Shown: positions 63,664 through 64,000 of the stretch, piece by piece
Layout of the letters: each line of letters starts with the position of its first letter
How positions within the stretch are numbered: the first letter of the stretch is position 1
Source: Octopus sinensis
Taxonomy: Eukaryota
Assembly (NCBI RefSeq): GCF_006345805.1
Contig: NC_043006.1
Location: forward strand, 104,284,001 to 104,348,000
Reading direction: 5' to 3'
DNA length: 64,000 nt
Translations under genes and position numbers: made by a program
The notes under the pieces: generated by a model
Told to the model about the DNA's origin: nothing
Databases searched by the model: none
What the model saw: only the letters and a program-made list of their open reading frames with translations

Positions 63664-64000
63664 TCTATATATATAAAACTGTAGTTGTGTGAGTGTCTGT
63701 CCCCTTCGATTTAGATTCCTAACTACTCCCACATTTTGCGGTGCAGTTTAACCAAATTCAGGTATCTTATAGTCGTGATTCATATCGAGCCCGTCTGGGT
63801 ATTAGCGCGCGTCTACGATGAGTCTACGATTTTAAAATAATTTAACATCATTTTTTATTCCATTTTAATGCATAATTTTTCGTGTGTCGATGGCGGCGGC
63901 GGAGTTGGCGTCCACGCTCACATCTGCACCTGTTTGCTTCTCCTCGTGAAACTGTGGGGAAGGGAGTGTAAGGAAATCAACGTCGTAAAGCGTTGTCAAG
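63664..64000 (+). mobile_element. Helitron-like element 5' part (runs off the window); a similar TC-start element on minus at about 54895-55173
   Basis: Begins TCTATATATATAAAACTG followed by (GT)n; 55160-55173 reads TCTATTATATAAAA on the minus strand. Confidence 0.4.

Overview
Eukaryotic, AT-rich, microsatellite-dense window with no protein-coding host gene that I can confidently support. Almost all ORFs in the track are translated microsatellites or transposon fragments. The repeat landscape resembles an octopus (coleoid cephalopod) intron or intergenic region; this is my inference, not a search result. Contents: (i) dozens of tRNA-derived SINEs from about five families (my labels A-E, H) with shuffled heads and tails; (ii) LINE fragments: two CR1/L2-type APE-RT elements tail-to-tail in (TA)n, R4/Dong-type RLE elements in (TAA)n, RTE, and L1/Tx1-like 3' ends; (iii) Tc1/mariner relics, including one with both TIRs and TA TSDs, plus hAT, piggyBac-like and Helitron/Helentron-like pieces; (iv) three copies of a ~420-bp MITE with GG-terminal TIRs, 8-bp TSDs and an internal (TTAGGG)n tract; (v) a few promoter-like islands, one with a well-matching RFX X-box. 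The most interesting signal is a set of type I hammerhead ribozyme motifs in several unrelated short elements, mostly embedded in (TA)n or (TAA)n tracts. Two have a complete catalytic core (15444-15486 and 22363-22410, both minus). Others are decayed (317-357, 32176-32208/33199-33244, 59447-59480), and one pair lies in the tail of a head-to-head tRNA-SINE dimer. This points to Penelope-like or retrozyme-type mobile RNAs. Boundaries of degenerate repeats are approximate (about +/-10-20 bp).
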